Source of the DNA: Chrysomallon squamiferum | Lineage: Eukaryota; Animalia; Mollusca | Length of the DNA: 64,000 bases | Direction of reading: 5' to 3' | NCBI GenBank assembly: GCA_012295275.1 | Contig: CM022671.1 | Location: forward strand, 15,004,001 to 15,068,000 | Shown: positions 12,134 to 26,400 of the stretch, in pieces | Layout: each line of letters starts with the position of its first letter | How positions within the stretch are numbered: the stretch's first letter is position 1 | Translations under genes and position numbers: made by a program | Notes under the pieces: model-generated | Databases searched by the model: none | What the model was told of the DNA's origin: nothing | The model's input: the letters and a program-made list of their open reading frames with translations, nothing else

Positions 12134-14524
12134 ATGGACAAACAGGAAGACAAAATGACTGAAACATATGAGACAGAGAGAAAGGAATTTCTTAGTGCTG
12201 CCCCTCCTCCATCTATGAAAAATCCACTTCAACAAATTATTGTTGTATCTTTATCTTTCATGTCTGTCTATACAGCCTATCTAGCCATTCAGAACCTTCA
12301 AAGCAGTCTCAATTTCGAATCAGGACTGGGTGTTACTTCACTTGCATTTCTCTATGGATCCATTATTCTGTCTGGAATTTTTGCACCAATAATCATTCAT
12401 ATCATAGGAGAAAAATGGTGCTTGACTCTGGCATGGTCTTGTCATACACTGTATACTATTTCTAATTTTTACCCAGGTTGGTTTACATTGATTCCTACCT
12501 CTGTACTTCTAGGTCTTGTTGCAGGACCAATGTGGACCTCTCAGGGGATGTATCTAACTGTGTGTGGAAAAGCATATGCCTATAATAAAGGACAGAATTT
12601 GTACACAGTCCTTAGCAAACTCAACAGCATCTTCTTCACCTTCTATGAAATTAATGATCTATTTGGAAATGTTGTTTCATCTTTTATATTGACTCGAAGT
12701 GCATACAAGGTCGAGGAATTTAATAATGCAACAAAAAGTTGTGGTGCACACAGTGGTCCAGAGATTTCTGCTTCTGCAATAATGAAACCAGAAAAACACA
12801 TAATCTATACTTTGTTAGGTGTGTTTCTTGTATTTGATATCATTGGACTTCTGTTCACTGCATTGTGTCTTAAACCTTTGCCAAAAAATGAAAATAATGA
12901 ATCACGATCTTGGCAAAAGACATGTATTTCGTTTTGCAGTGCTCTAAGAGATTTTCGTCTTGTTTTGATTATTCCTTTGTTTATGGCAACTGCAATGAGT
13001 CAAGGAATACTTTTTACAGAATATACAAAGGTAAGCAAAATAATGCTTTTATTAGCATAATTAGATGAAGATTTATTGTTGAGAAACCCTTTGTTGAGGC
13101 CATTTTTCAAAAACTGGTTACTCTCATTTAATCAAAATGCAGAAGAACACAATTAGGTTTGATAATCTTACTGCTAGGCTATTTTATGCATTGTCAAAAC
13201 AGTGTTCAAAGCAATTTAGAAATGTCTGTAATAAGTTAGTTCCCTTTGGATTTATTTTATTTATATAGGTATATTGCAACAACAATTTTATTAATGACAA
13301 AAAGCAGTATATATATATATATATGTATGTATGTATGTATCTATGTATCTATCTATTATGTATTATGAATGTATAGTAATTCTTCTTTAGATCAGTGAAT
13401 TTTAGATTCAGTGACAGCAGATATTAGATTAAACACACATTCACACAAATAGCTAATTGTTTGTTTTGTTCATTTTTCTTTTATCTATAAACATTTCTTA
13501 AATTTGTATTTATTAATCTTTTAATATTCTTTTCAGTCTTACATTAGTTGTGCACTTGGTGTAGATAATGTTGGCTTTATCATGGCATCACATGGTGTTG
13601 TCAGTGCCGTCACAGCATTACTAATGGGACGTGTGGCAAAGTTCACAGGAAGAATCGTGCAGTTTGTTATAGCTGCTACTTTCAATGGAGGGATGTTATC
13701 AATGATGTTGTTTTGGGACCCACTAAATGCAAGTTATATTGTTTTCTTCACAATACCTGTAGGACTGGGCATATCAGAGGGCATACTCAGAATGCAGTTC
13801 AACAGTAAGTGGGGTTTTTTTGTTGTTTGAATACTTTATTCTAATCTCTAGGGAATTCTTTTATATTTCTACTGATGTTTTTATTAGCTACTGAGAGTTA
13901 AATTTTGTTAATCAGAAGTCTTCACTTTCATTGAAGTAGAAAATTTCAAAATGGTTAAAATAATTATTGAAGTATTTATATTTGTAGCTCATTAATGTTA
14001 GGTATTAATGGGGGGTTTTCAGAGTTTGTTTTCTTTGGATTCTTTTTCTCTGAACAATTCAACTGTGTTTCTACTTCACTAGATATAACAAATACTACAA
14101 ACAGAATCATTTAAGAACATTTTAATCTCCTTAATGTATCACCAGATTTTTGTAACTTTAAAGGTCAGAAATTCAGAATCTTCAAAACCATTAAGTCTTT
14201 ATTATTTTGTCAGTATCGCTGACGTTGTTTAACTGTAATTTATTACTATTATTTTTTTTTTTCTTTTCAGCTTTCATTGCTATAGTTTTTCACGAAAACA
14301 TAGAATCTGCATTTGCTAACTATCACACCTGGAATGCTATAGCTTTCACCATGACTTTCTGTGCAGGACTGTTTCTACCTCTTTCAGTATTACTCTCCTT
14401 TGTTATTGGTTTGATGGTCCTAGGACTGATAGGGTATCTAACTACTGAGATGTTAATTAAGTACCGGCAAAAAATAGAAGTGAAAGAAGTACTGACAGTG
14501 GTGGAAAGTCAAGAAGAAAATTAA
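12134..14524 (+). CDS. UNC93A: UNC93-like (UNC93A-type) MFS membrane protein
   Basis: Exons 12134-13030, 13537-13804 and 14271-14524 with compatible phases. Family motifs YTAYLAIQNLQSSLN, NFYPGWFTLIPTSVLLG...GPMWTSQG.YLT, EYTKSYISCALG and SAFANY..W; about 12 hydrophobic segments. Confidence 0.9.
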
Positions 14525-15646
14525 TTATTTTAATAAAAATGAACAAGTAAACCCATTGGTTATTCCTGTTTCCGTGGATATATTTAAAAATAAATAACTC
14601 CATACTGTCCAAGAGTAGAGAAACATCCAAGGATTGATCAAATTATAAAGATGATACAGTTTATTTACATCAGATTAACTGTTAGTGTATGTTACAAGAC
14701 TATTTCATTTATGATTTGCAGACAGACAGACACATGCACACACACACAATTATTATTAGCAGTAGTAAATATTTTTGTTATTTTGCTGTGAATCCTTAGG
14801 ATTATAGCGTTTAAATTACTTATACAAAAATTATATCACTGGTGCTGTTATTAAGGTCACATTCTGTTGCCTTATTATAAAGAACAGGCTTTCAGATAAA
14901 TGACAATGTAATTCTGACATCTGATATTAATTAGAGGTATTACTTATCAGTGCCAAAAAAATTAAAAATAATTCTATTTATTAAAAGAGAACACATTATT
15001 AAGATACTTGGCAGTAAAGCTGAAATTATGTCTTGGTAATTATAATCAGTATCTGGTTCCACTATAGTGATAAAAAATATTGCAATATTTGCCTTGTTTT
15101 CATACCTAATGTTTGTTCCTTTACAGCTTCCAAATTTTGAACAGAATTTAAAAAGAGAAAAAAAGAAGAAATTTGATATCAGATGTTAGATTGATATATT
15201 ACGGCATTATTTTCCAGTAACTACTTTATCAAAATAGAAGTGCCAAATTTTTAACTAATTTATTTTTATATGGAAATGTTTCTATTTTTCACATCTGTAA
15301 TAATTTTTTAAGTAGGCAATTATAGATTTTTTGCCAACAAAATAAAGAAATTTCACATAGCATATTGTTTTTTATCAAGTAATATATTTTTAATTCTTTC
15401 ATCATTTTAAGTGTTATAAATATTTGTTCCTGTATTTCATCAGTGAAGTGATCTCTTTGTTGCTGTCTTCACTTCCAGAAAATAATAAATAAATAAATAA
15501 ATAGAAAATACTTAATGAATATCTTGAAACAGATTTCAAGAGTTAGTACTGTAAGAAACATGAAAAATGTGTCACTCTGGCTTTTCAGTACATAAACATA
15601 AATAGTTGAGAGAATGTTTTTATAATATGTTTTCTAAAAATAATAT

Positions 15647-18600
15647 TCATTTATTGTTTTTGTAATTGTTTCTATATTTCAAGCCATATGGGTCACAGGT
15701 TCTGAGAAGAGTTTCAGGAGGGTCAGTCTCATCACAGTTGTCATAAACAGTTGTAATTATTCCACCACCATCAGCCCGTCTTTTCTTTGCTTTTCTGATG
15801 TACCTTGCTACTTTTTCACCACGATAACTGTAAAATAGCAAGAAAAAGAAAAAATTAGTTTCAAATTGGTAAGAATAAAAAATGGTCTAAATAACAAAAG
15901 TCAAAAGAAATCTTTTATGTTTCATTTATCAAAAAACAAAGCTTTGTATTTAAAAAAAAAATTAAATTCACAAGCTATTAGTTCAGTATTCTGCCATAAC
16001 AAAATACTTGAAAGCAAGACCAGTAAATATAAACTGAATGGACTTTACATCTGAAATAATCTCTTGAGTTTCTGTGGAATGGTGTGTAAGTTACATTCTC
16101 CCACTCTTCATTATTTTCGAATGTCTGATCATGTGACACATGTCTTATGTGATTTTAATTGTAAAGTTTCATAAAAGCTTTCTCCTCTTTCTCAACAGCT
16201 TTAAACCAGCAAGACAGAAATACATCAGCCTCCTTAAATGTTTCAATTTTGGACTTAGGAAAATGTTGGGTTTTTTTCATCACCAATACTTATCACTGGC
16301 AAAGCACTGTCTATAAGCAATAAATGTTTTATTTTTAAATTTATATTTAATATTAAAAGTGATGACAGTAGTAATGACTTTTGTTTTAGGTATAAATTAA
16401 AATAACTAGTTACACTGTACAATGTATTATAGTATTTGCATTTTTGGACTTTCAGCATCAAAACAAAATTGTATTGCCTTATTTTCAGCTTTATTTAGAA
16501 TTGTTAGAATTCAGAATTAAAATACTTACCCAAATCCTTTTCTATCTCTAGGATTCTGACCCTCATTGTCAAGAGCATCAACAATTCCTCTAACAGTATT
16601 ACCTAGACCTTGCCCTTCTTTCCAACCTTGTTGTGTTAAAATTTTTCTGCCAAATCCTTTAGTATGCTTTTCAAATTTGCCAATTCCTGCAGATACGAAA
16701 TCTGTATCCTCAAGACCATCTCTTCTTCTTTGTTCCTGACGAAGAGTAATATAATCCCTGGCATCTTTGTCACCTGCACCTTCTTCATAGTAGCCACTCA
16801 TATCCACATTAAGATCATCGGCTGTTTGTTCATCAAAATCTTTAAACAGAATAAAATATTTAATAATTATTGGGAACAACCTCATCAGTTTCTCCTTAAT
16901 AAATATTCAAATTGTTTTTTTATTGATCTACATTTTATTTGCCAATATTAGATGATAGTTTTCTATTACAATACTTGCTAGTAAAATTATTGAAAAAAGA
17001 AAATAAAAATAAAATTATAAAAAAAATAATTTGTAAAAAAAACCAAATAAATAATAATAATAAGGAAATATATGCAAGATAAATTAAAATTTATGAATAA
17101 TAAACTTTGAGATAAATATGGCCTTGTTGACCTGAACTATATATTTATTATTTTTCTATTTTGTAAATAACTGTAATAATAAACATAATTATTATTTTAG
17201 AATAAATGTTAAAGTAATGTGTTTACCTCCTTCTTGCTGATGCCAAAATTGAGCATCAGTATAGAAGACAAGTCCACTGCCTCCTTTTTCCCACTTCAAC
17301 TCAATTTCTTCTTCAAACAAACGCTCTTTATTACGCTCCTGATTTGCTGGATCATCTGTCAGTGCCTCATGTCTCTCCCATTCCTCACAAGTGTCACTGT
17401 CCTACAATAATAAAAAAAAAAAAAATTGTAGGTATCAACTCCATGCAGAGTTAATACAATTCTGACATTAACATGATTTTTGTAGAAAAATATAAAAATG
17501 AGTTTCAAAAATAATCTGAAATATGAATTCTTAAAGTTATTTTAATTTTCTCCTCACCTTCCCCACTGTTTTACTAGAATTTAATTTTGTACATTCTAGG
17601 TTGTATCGGTTTTATTTTAAAATATAGTTTTGGCAATTTATACACATATACAATGTCTCTGTAGTTAATATATCATCATGTGTCAAATAATTAAAGTAAA
17701 ATATATTTCTTAGAATAAGAATTAACCACTGTTTAACTTGCATTGTCCATTAAAACAACCTACTCAATAAATGGTTTAGTACACACATATATATCGATAT
17801 ATATATATATGTATATATATAGATCATTCAACAGTTATGATTACTGATTTATTATCAAAATTCAATTCTTTATCAAAACATCTCTACGGTCTTAGATCTG
17901 GAGAAAATGAACTCTGATAAAAAATACTTACACTTTCAGACGGCTGTTTGATAAATTTCTTTTCAATGTTTTTATTCATTAATTTTCTTGTAAGTGCCTG
18001 ATCTTTTTTTCTCTTTGATTTTGCTGTTTCAATTTTAGTCACATTACTTTCATCCTCTTTCAATTTTAGTTTTTTGTTATTTTTAAAATGTATTTCTGAA
18101 TTACTGTCATCATGATGATCATCATCAACATCTGCACTTGCTGTGGAATTAATAACATGTCCTGAACCAGTAACAGCGTAACGTTTATCCTGTTCATGAT
18201 AAACTCTACCTGAACACTGGTCTCCATAATCATAGGGCACATTTCCATATTTCTTTTGTGTTCTTGTTTTTGGAAAAGAAAGCCCAAGCTTTTTGATCAA
18301 AGTTGAAGGAAGTCTGCACTGCTTAATGAGATCCAGAAAAACTAGTGTTGGTGTTCCAACATTTCCATTAGGCATCACATCAGGAGGATACAATTCTGGC
18401 AAATTTAACAGATCTGTTTCCGTAAATTCTTGTCTATCAGCAGGTATATTATTCTGTTCTGCTCTGGTCTTAAAGGTATGACTGCCACAATCTGGAAGAA
18501 AATTAACCTTTTTATTAGCACATTGTAAACTGAATTTAGTATATTTACAACAACAAAATCAACAAATAAAAATTAATAATAAATAAATAAAAAATAATAA

Positions 18601-19682
18601 TAAATAAAATAAATAATCATAACAGTAATTGCTATGATGATATTATAGTGTTATGCTCTCTGAAAGTAAAAATCAGTAACAAATATCTGTCAAATCTTAC
18701 TATTTAATCTTTAGCTGTATTAAACTTGGTTCAGAACGTCCCCATTCCAAAGTTGAATCAAAACCAACAATGGAATCTTTGAGATGGGTGCACTATCTCA
18801 AAAGAAATCAATTCATTCTGCAGTTTAAAAACTTTCCCTATAGTTGGTGATATTTCCTCTTCTGCCTTCTTCTGTGTTTATTTTCACTAACTAACTTGCC
18901 TATCTACCATATTGACCTGTTTACTTAAGTAACCAGTCAGCTAGTAAAAAGTCACAGAAACTGGATGCTTTGCTTTATATATATATATTAACAAAGATCA
19001 TTTTAGTAATACAAATAGTATTTATAAACAGCAAACAATACAAATGAATTACTTTTTTTTAATATAAAGATTCAATTTTTCAGGCTCTCTTTAATGTTAA
19101 ATGACCAAACTCATTTGACTACTAAATTTGTATTCATATATTTACTGTTTGTGATTTTATTTTAAGCAAAAAGCATTCTAAATAACATTAAAAAAGAATT
19201 TATAAAAACAAATATTAAAAGTTTTTAAAAATTTAAATTTATATTATGTTCATTAAGTTTAACTGTCATTTAAGAAAATTATTGTTATAATTATGGTTTT
19301 AAGCTGCTAATACGTATATTTATTTATTTTAAATTTTAATATTACCTTTGGAAGAAACACGGATTTTTGTGATACAACAGTAACAAGATAGTGAATCACC
19401 ATTTCTATCAAGCCAGTGTTTCCGATGGTAGAATTTTATTAACAATTTCAAATGATTTTCTTGCATTTTTATAACACAACAACATGTTTTCTTAAGTAAG
19501 GAAGCACTTTCACGTTTTTGCTCAGCTGGTGTTTCTAGTCGATGTCTGTAATGGAAACAACTAAATCTTCCCGTTTCCACAAAATTAGAAAAAAAGTTTC
19601 TTAAATCGGCCGAATGATAATTTTCTGGTATATTATTAATAATAGCGTATTTCATTTCACAACATTCCTCTGTGGTTGTCAT
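15647..19682 (-). CDS. GPATCH3: G patch domain-containing protein 3
   Basis: Exons 19682-19346, 18491-17932, 17401-17227, 16839-16530 and 15827-15647. Motifs NIP...SADLRNFF...F.CFHYRHR, PNGNVGTP, EEWERHEAL, WEKGGSGLVFYTDAQFW and the G-patch FEKHTKGFGRKILTQQGWKEGQGLG...RKGFGY. Confidence 0.95.
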
Positions 19683-20771
19683 TTTGGTTGTTTTGTATTG
19701 TTCCGCAGTTGAGCTGAAATGTCTTGGCGTAACAACAAACTAAACCAGTTTACAAAATCCCTCACACTATATCCCTACTGATATAGTTATTTTATGAATG
19801 TGTTTATCTTGAGGGATGGCTAACATTATTAACAATATATTTGTTTAATTAAAATAAGCAGAATAAAACTGTTAAAATTTTGCTTAATTATTATTACATT
19901 TGTAAAATACTGAAACAAATCAAATTTGGCATCATCCTTTTTATATGATTATTATAATATTAGAATATCATTATCCTTGTTAGTGTTAGGACTTTCATGA
20001 AGTACTATAAACATAATAGTGTAACTATAAACTAGACTGCTCTTCGGTCATGAAATCTTAGCTATCCCAACGTTCGATGTCGCGGTTTCAGATTGATTTT
20101 ATTAACTGCGATTTGCTTTGTGTCGAGAGTGCGCCGATTATGCTAACGATCGGTAAAATTCGCGGTATTTTCTATCAGTGGGTGCTGTGAGTGAGATCCA
20201 GGAGAACAGCAAACATTATTATTTATTTATTTATTTGTTTAAACAAACAGTTTTGTCGATAGAAAATTTTAAAAGTAGTTTCGCAGTTCTGTAATTATTA
20301 TTTGGGAAGCATTCTAATATACATAAAATAATTATACCCTTCTATACATGAATATGTTTACAGTTTTTGTCAAACATGCAGTACCTCTGCCTCTTAGTTT
20401 GTATTCAAAAGAGATTTTCTGTTTGGGAAATACTACAAAAATCTTTCAGACTTGTCTGAAATAAACAGTCAGATAAGACTTCAAAAGTTCCTTCATGCGG
20501 TTATTATTCATATCGGACTCCAAACAACTTGAATTAGAGAATATGTCAAGCATTCAGAAGTCAGTAAAAAACAAGTTTGGCGGACCATAAAAATAGGCAC
20601 GTTGTACTACCTGCTAGTATATGTATTCAGCTTCAATTTTGTATTCTTTTTAGACATGCGATCATTGATAATAAAATAAAGAAATAATCAGATCATATCT
20701 ACAAAATATATGACATAATAATAATAACATTTTAATTATCCATAACTTCTACAGTGGAGGAATAAGTTATG

Positions 20772-20813
<42 letters not shown>

Positions 20814-22139
20814 AAAACACCACCAAAATATAAAACAAACAACCAAAATCAACAGTAAAATAATAAAATTATACCTAAACCGATATTATAATTAATCATT
20901 AGTAATATTATATATGATTATAAATAATGAATTAATCTACTGAAACAGAATAATAATAATAACAAAGAAAAACTGAAAATCCGATCGAATGGCAATAATT
21001 TTGATCACGTGACAACACATGGTGATAATGGTTTATTTACAGTCCATAATATTAAATAAGATGAATTTCCCGGAAGCCACAAAATAATGTGTGGCTAAGT
21101 TTACCTTCATGTAGATGTTGTTCCAATTACACTACTGTTTTGCATTTCCGTACCTTTTTATTTATCTTACGTAGAATGAATTAATAGAAAGAAGTCATCT
21201 GTTGCTAGTATTTTTTGTTACTAAAATTAACAAAACAGACACACCCAAGTTCTGCAGGAAAGTGCAGAATGTGTTTATCAGTGTTTTGTGTGTTTATGTG
21301 TGTATTAATATAGGTTTTACTAATTTACACATTCATTGTTCTTTGATAGTTGGTGTGGATTATTATTTAATGAACGGATACATTTTCTAACAGATGAGTA
21401 TTCAGTGTTCATGTTGCCAAATGACTGAAACTAATTAGTTTCTTCACAAAATTTAATGTTAATCAACTTAAACATTCTCCAATAGATTTCAACAATTTTA
21501 TAGACCATTTAATACCTGCACTACAATATAAATATATAGTATTCACAGCCATTCGCTGTTTTCAAAATCCTGAAAGGGAAGTTGCCAACCAGGTTTAGAA
21601 TCACTGATCTAGCAATTCTCTTGTCAGATCTGATATGTGTTAATGAAGCCTTCCTTGTTCAGTCAAGTTACTTTTGAAACTGATCTCCCTATCTCAGTAT
21701 TTTGGTTTTGTTTACCCATTTAAAAACGGGTATTATAACAGGAATAACATGACTTTAGTTCTTCCTCATGCTGTAAACACTATAATCTTTACTGGCAAAT
21801 TACATTTTGTTCATATAGCGAAGATATAACAATAACAATATATGCCATTAAATTGATTAATGTTAAACACAGACCACTGAAATTGAGAGCAATCAGATTA
21901 ATTCTTATAAATGGACCTTAAATATACATTATGTATAGATATAAATGAACTATCAGAAATCTGTTTGATTTATAGTAGTAATAAAAATATTTTGAATACT
22001 TTTGTTTCTGGCAACCTTTGGTTTAAAAAGTGATTGCATGAAAATTATGTTTTACTTGTTTCACATAGCTGTGATTTATTATGTAAATACCTGTATATAG
22101 ATAATGCCCATGTTTTAATCCTCACAAGGAACAATGCAT

Positions 22140-22185
<46 letters not shown>

Positions 22186-23416
22186 AAATCAATTATCAGT
22201 GCAATTATTTATAACTTAATAAAGAACTAAGATTAACCTGAAAAAGAAAAGACAAACAATGAACCAAAAATCCAAATTTTATTTGAATAGCAATATGGCT
22301 AAAATGAATACTGGACAATACAAACTAGAATATGCATTACATTTGTTGAGGTCAACAACACATTTACAATGGTTCAGAAACTAACACAACAGTGAAATCT
22401 GTTATTAGTAAAGAATAAATAAAATTAAAAATGCAATGTTTTATAACACACACACATATATATGTATGTATGTATATATATATATATATGTGTGTGTGTG
22501 TATATATATATATCTTTTTAAATTTTAAGCAAGATTATATAGAGACCACACATAACAGTTCAAAATACTTTGGAAAAAGTTCAATCAATATCCATCCATG
22601 TTTAAGCTTTGGCGAACACAAAACGTTCAAAAATGAATTCACTTGTTTTTTATATATATAAAAAAATCTGTTTTATATTTTATTTGTAGAATAAATTTAT
22701 TATAAGAATTTAAGCAGTAAACATTAAACATTAATGTTTATAACATCACAATATATAAGACAAAAAAGCTATGTTCACAATTTATGTATAAATGCTTGGA
22801 GATGGCAAAATAATTTATTTCATTTTTGATGAGACTGTAAATAAATAAGTGAATTTTATATTTGAGTATGTCTTATTTAGAATATAATTATATATTCTTT
22901 TAATTTAATTTTTAGAATTAACTATACAATAACATTTTGGTTTTTAAAATCATATTTAAAAAATATATTATAACTTTCACAGTCAAGAAAAACAAAACAA
23001 GATTCTCCTTTCAAGTCCCAAAACTCATTAAATGTTCAATGACTATAGATATCACTTAGACTATAAATTTTATCAGACTAGTCGGTTAATTATTTTTAAA
23101 GAATTTTTAGATGCGCAATTCATTACTGATGATAACATGATTTCAGTGATAAATTATAAAATACTTTACAAAAACATGGAAAGACAGTCCAGTTTTTGTA
23201 GTTTGGAAGTATGAATTTTAAATATAAGTTAATCAAAAGAATTACAGCTGAAGAATATATGTTATAAAATATACTGACATTGTTTAAATATCACAGATTT
23301 AATTCACACTAATAAATAATATCAGGGAAATAAATAGCAGAGATATGAGTTAAGTACACAAGAACAAATTTTTAGAATTTAAATGTAAAAAGAATTAAAA
23401 TTGGTTAATGAATGTT

Positions 23417-26400
23417 TTACAAATCCAGATTAGGGACTTTCAGAGGAAGCTCTGTGCTTTCAACTCTGAGTTTTCCTTTTGATTTGACAGCCACCTGAAA
23501 AACAAAATATTCAGTAAGTTAATTTCATTAACAGCTATGACCATTCTAGACCCAGCACTGCCAATAAACACAACTGGGGTATCTGTAATCAGGAAAGTTA
23601 GAGATGTTTTATATTATATCTCTAATATGAAAGTGGAATAAAAACATTTTCTCTCACAATTTATTGGTTAGAACATAAACTATTAAATTTCTTATCACTG
23701 TTGTAATTATAAACCTGTCTGTTAACAGCCATTTTTCACATAATTTTTCACTTATGATTTTAATTAATTTTTGTATTAACAGAGATAAAAAGAACAAAAC
23801 AAGGAGAAGGATCTTCAATAGTTTAACTCACAGTATCAGTTATTCTTATCATTCACACTAATTATACTAACATACATTAACTTAAATTGTTTTATTATAA
23901 ATGATAACTATAGTAAGTATAAATAAAACTGTAAAGTTAAATTTGTAACATCTTTGTTGGTTACATTTTTTTTTATTGTTAACATTTATTAAATCACTGC
24001 AGTTTTCATTACCTTGCATTCATGCAACTTGTGCATCTCTTCTTTGAGTTTTTCAAGAATTGGATTTGAAGAACGATTTGCTTTGGCTTGACTTTGGAGT
24101 TCACTGATGTTCAGATCATCTTTCTAAAACATTAAAATTTAAATAATATTATTATCATTATTATTTTTATATGGTCTATTTGAAATAATGACATTGTTTC
24201 ATTAAAGAAAATAGTGATTGTGTCACTTTCAAATAAGGACTCTTAAAAACAATTATTTAAATATAAAACATTTTTTGTTACTTATAAAACAAATAAATAA
24301 ATTTTAAAAATACTGTTATGTTTAAATATTAATTTTATTATTATTAATATAGAATATAGAAAAAATGTTTAAAAAAAGCAAACATTTAAAAAAATTTAAT
24401 CAGTGTAGATATTCAGCTATCAAGTTGTTTTTAACTTTCAAGTATATTTATCACCTACAATATCTCTACTGAAAAAAAGAAGAAAATGTCATCACCATTT
24501 AGAAAAACATTTATAAACACTATTACCTTTTCAGCAAACCCCTTCTGAGATCCCCTACCATATAATCGAAGTATTGAGCCCCAACTTGTCACATGGGAGT
24601 GTAGTTTCTAAAACAGAACCAATATTAATTTATATTTTAAAGAAGCTCACCAACATTCACCAAACAAAAATCATTTTGTTTATTAATCTTTATTAATCTT
24701 TGGTAATTTAGGTAATTTTGACAAAGATAAGTAAAAACCAAAATCCATTAAACTATGTAATGATAAAATATTTTACACACATGAAAAAAGGTAAATAGAC
24801 ATCATAATTATTTCCTGGCTTCTTTTATACTAATATTAGAAAGAAAATGGCCGTTATCATTTGGAAGTATAAATTTAAAAAAAAAATTCTTTATAGATTA
24901 TTTATAACATGAACTTCTTAAGATCCGACCTGTGTTCACCAGTTAAAAATATTTTAAGATAATTTTAAGTTGAAATTTTATTTATTTTTACCTGTAATAT
25001 AGCCTGAGCTGCTTGTTGTTTCCCATCTCGCTTGTTTTTAGCTATGACCTAATAAAACAAAACTGTAACAGTGTGTATCTTAAAGAAAGAGCTTCAATAT
25101 CATGACAAGTAGATATATTAATTAGACTGGAAAACACACATTACCTGCAACTGAAAATGTCTTATAACTATGTTGTTGTTTATTGTGCATTTGTAAATCC
25201 AAAATAAATTAATTTTGAGATAAAAAAAAAAAAAAAAAAAATGTACAAAGCATATCTTTAGTTTAAATATTAAAATTAATATCAAAATAACTGTTACTAA
25301 AAGCAACAGCCCACAAAATATATATTCATAAAATCAGTAACAGAATAAAAAGTCAAACTTCTTACAGTGGCTGTGTGTTTCCCAACAGTCATTGTAAATT
25401 CACTTTTCTGGTTTTTAATCTTCCTCATTGTCATTTCACAGTGAGTATCACCTAACCCATAATTCCTGTAAGACAAAAACTCTCATAAATTATGAAATAA
25501 TAATCAGTAAACTTAACAAGTTTCTTGGAATTTAAAAAAAAATATATGTTTTACATTTCTTGTTAAATATTTATTTCATCACCATCTTAATGCTTTAGAA
25601 TGAGAAAATAATGTTACCTGTACTTCCTTCTGTTCAGTAACACAATGACATTAGAATTACAATCGTCACATTCATTTTTATTTTTCGGTAGTCTTGTTTA
25701 TCCATCTTTATATTCACATAATACCAATACTTTCAAGTTCTGATGAACCATTTTAAAATATTCACAGAAAACACACTTTACAATAAAATGAAAAAATATA
25801 TATATATTTTTAAAAACATAATATACCTTCTAAGACATTCACATAATATCTGATTAGGACTCTGATGACCAGCTTTTGTTCCTAGTTCAAACACACGTGG
25901 ATCTTCAATTTTAATGTTGTCAAAAAACTGGAATAATAACATAAAACATAGAAAGGTATACATTGTTAAAATTAATCAAATATGTCACAAAAAAATAGAA
26001 ATATTTCTCTCCATGGCTGAGGATTTTATCGTAATTACTGAAAAAAAAACCTGTAATAAAATATAAAGAATTGATAATATTAGCAAATCTGGGACTATCA
26101 ATTTTTACTAAGCACTACACCATTTTATAATGGTGACATGGTGAAAATATTTTAAGGTCATTAATCCATATTTTACTTTTTAAAGCCTGTTATTTTATTA
26201 CTATTAAAAATTTAGTTATTTGCAATATTAGTATTAAAAATGTTGCAGTTCTGTAAGAATTCAAACAATAAACTGAAGAAACCCAAAATAACATTTAAAC
26301 TTCTTGACTGTATCATCATATATACCCATATACATAAAATATGGATTCAAGAATTTAAGCAAACAATTACAACTTACTGAAAAATCATCATCAAGTGTTT

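Noticed and set aside
11575-12235. ORFs with poly-Ile/Leu/Asn (also 42168-42432, 42957-43172, 43741-43989, 46280-46555, 48760-49272, 56201-56491)
   Set aside because: These are translations of microsatellites or antisense shadows of real exons.
22142-22184. Long poly-T (poly-A on the DGCR8 strand) as a retrocopy tail
   Set aside because: There is no adjacent processed-gene body or target-site duplication, and similar homopolymers are common throughout the window.
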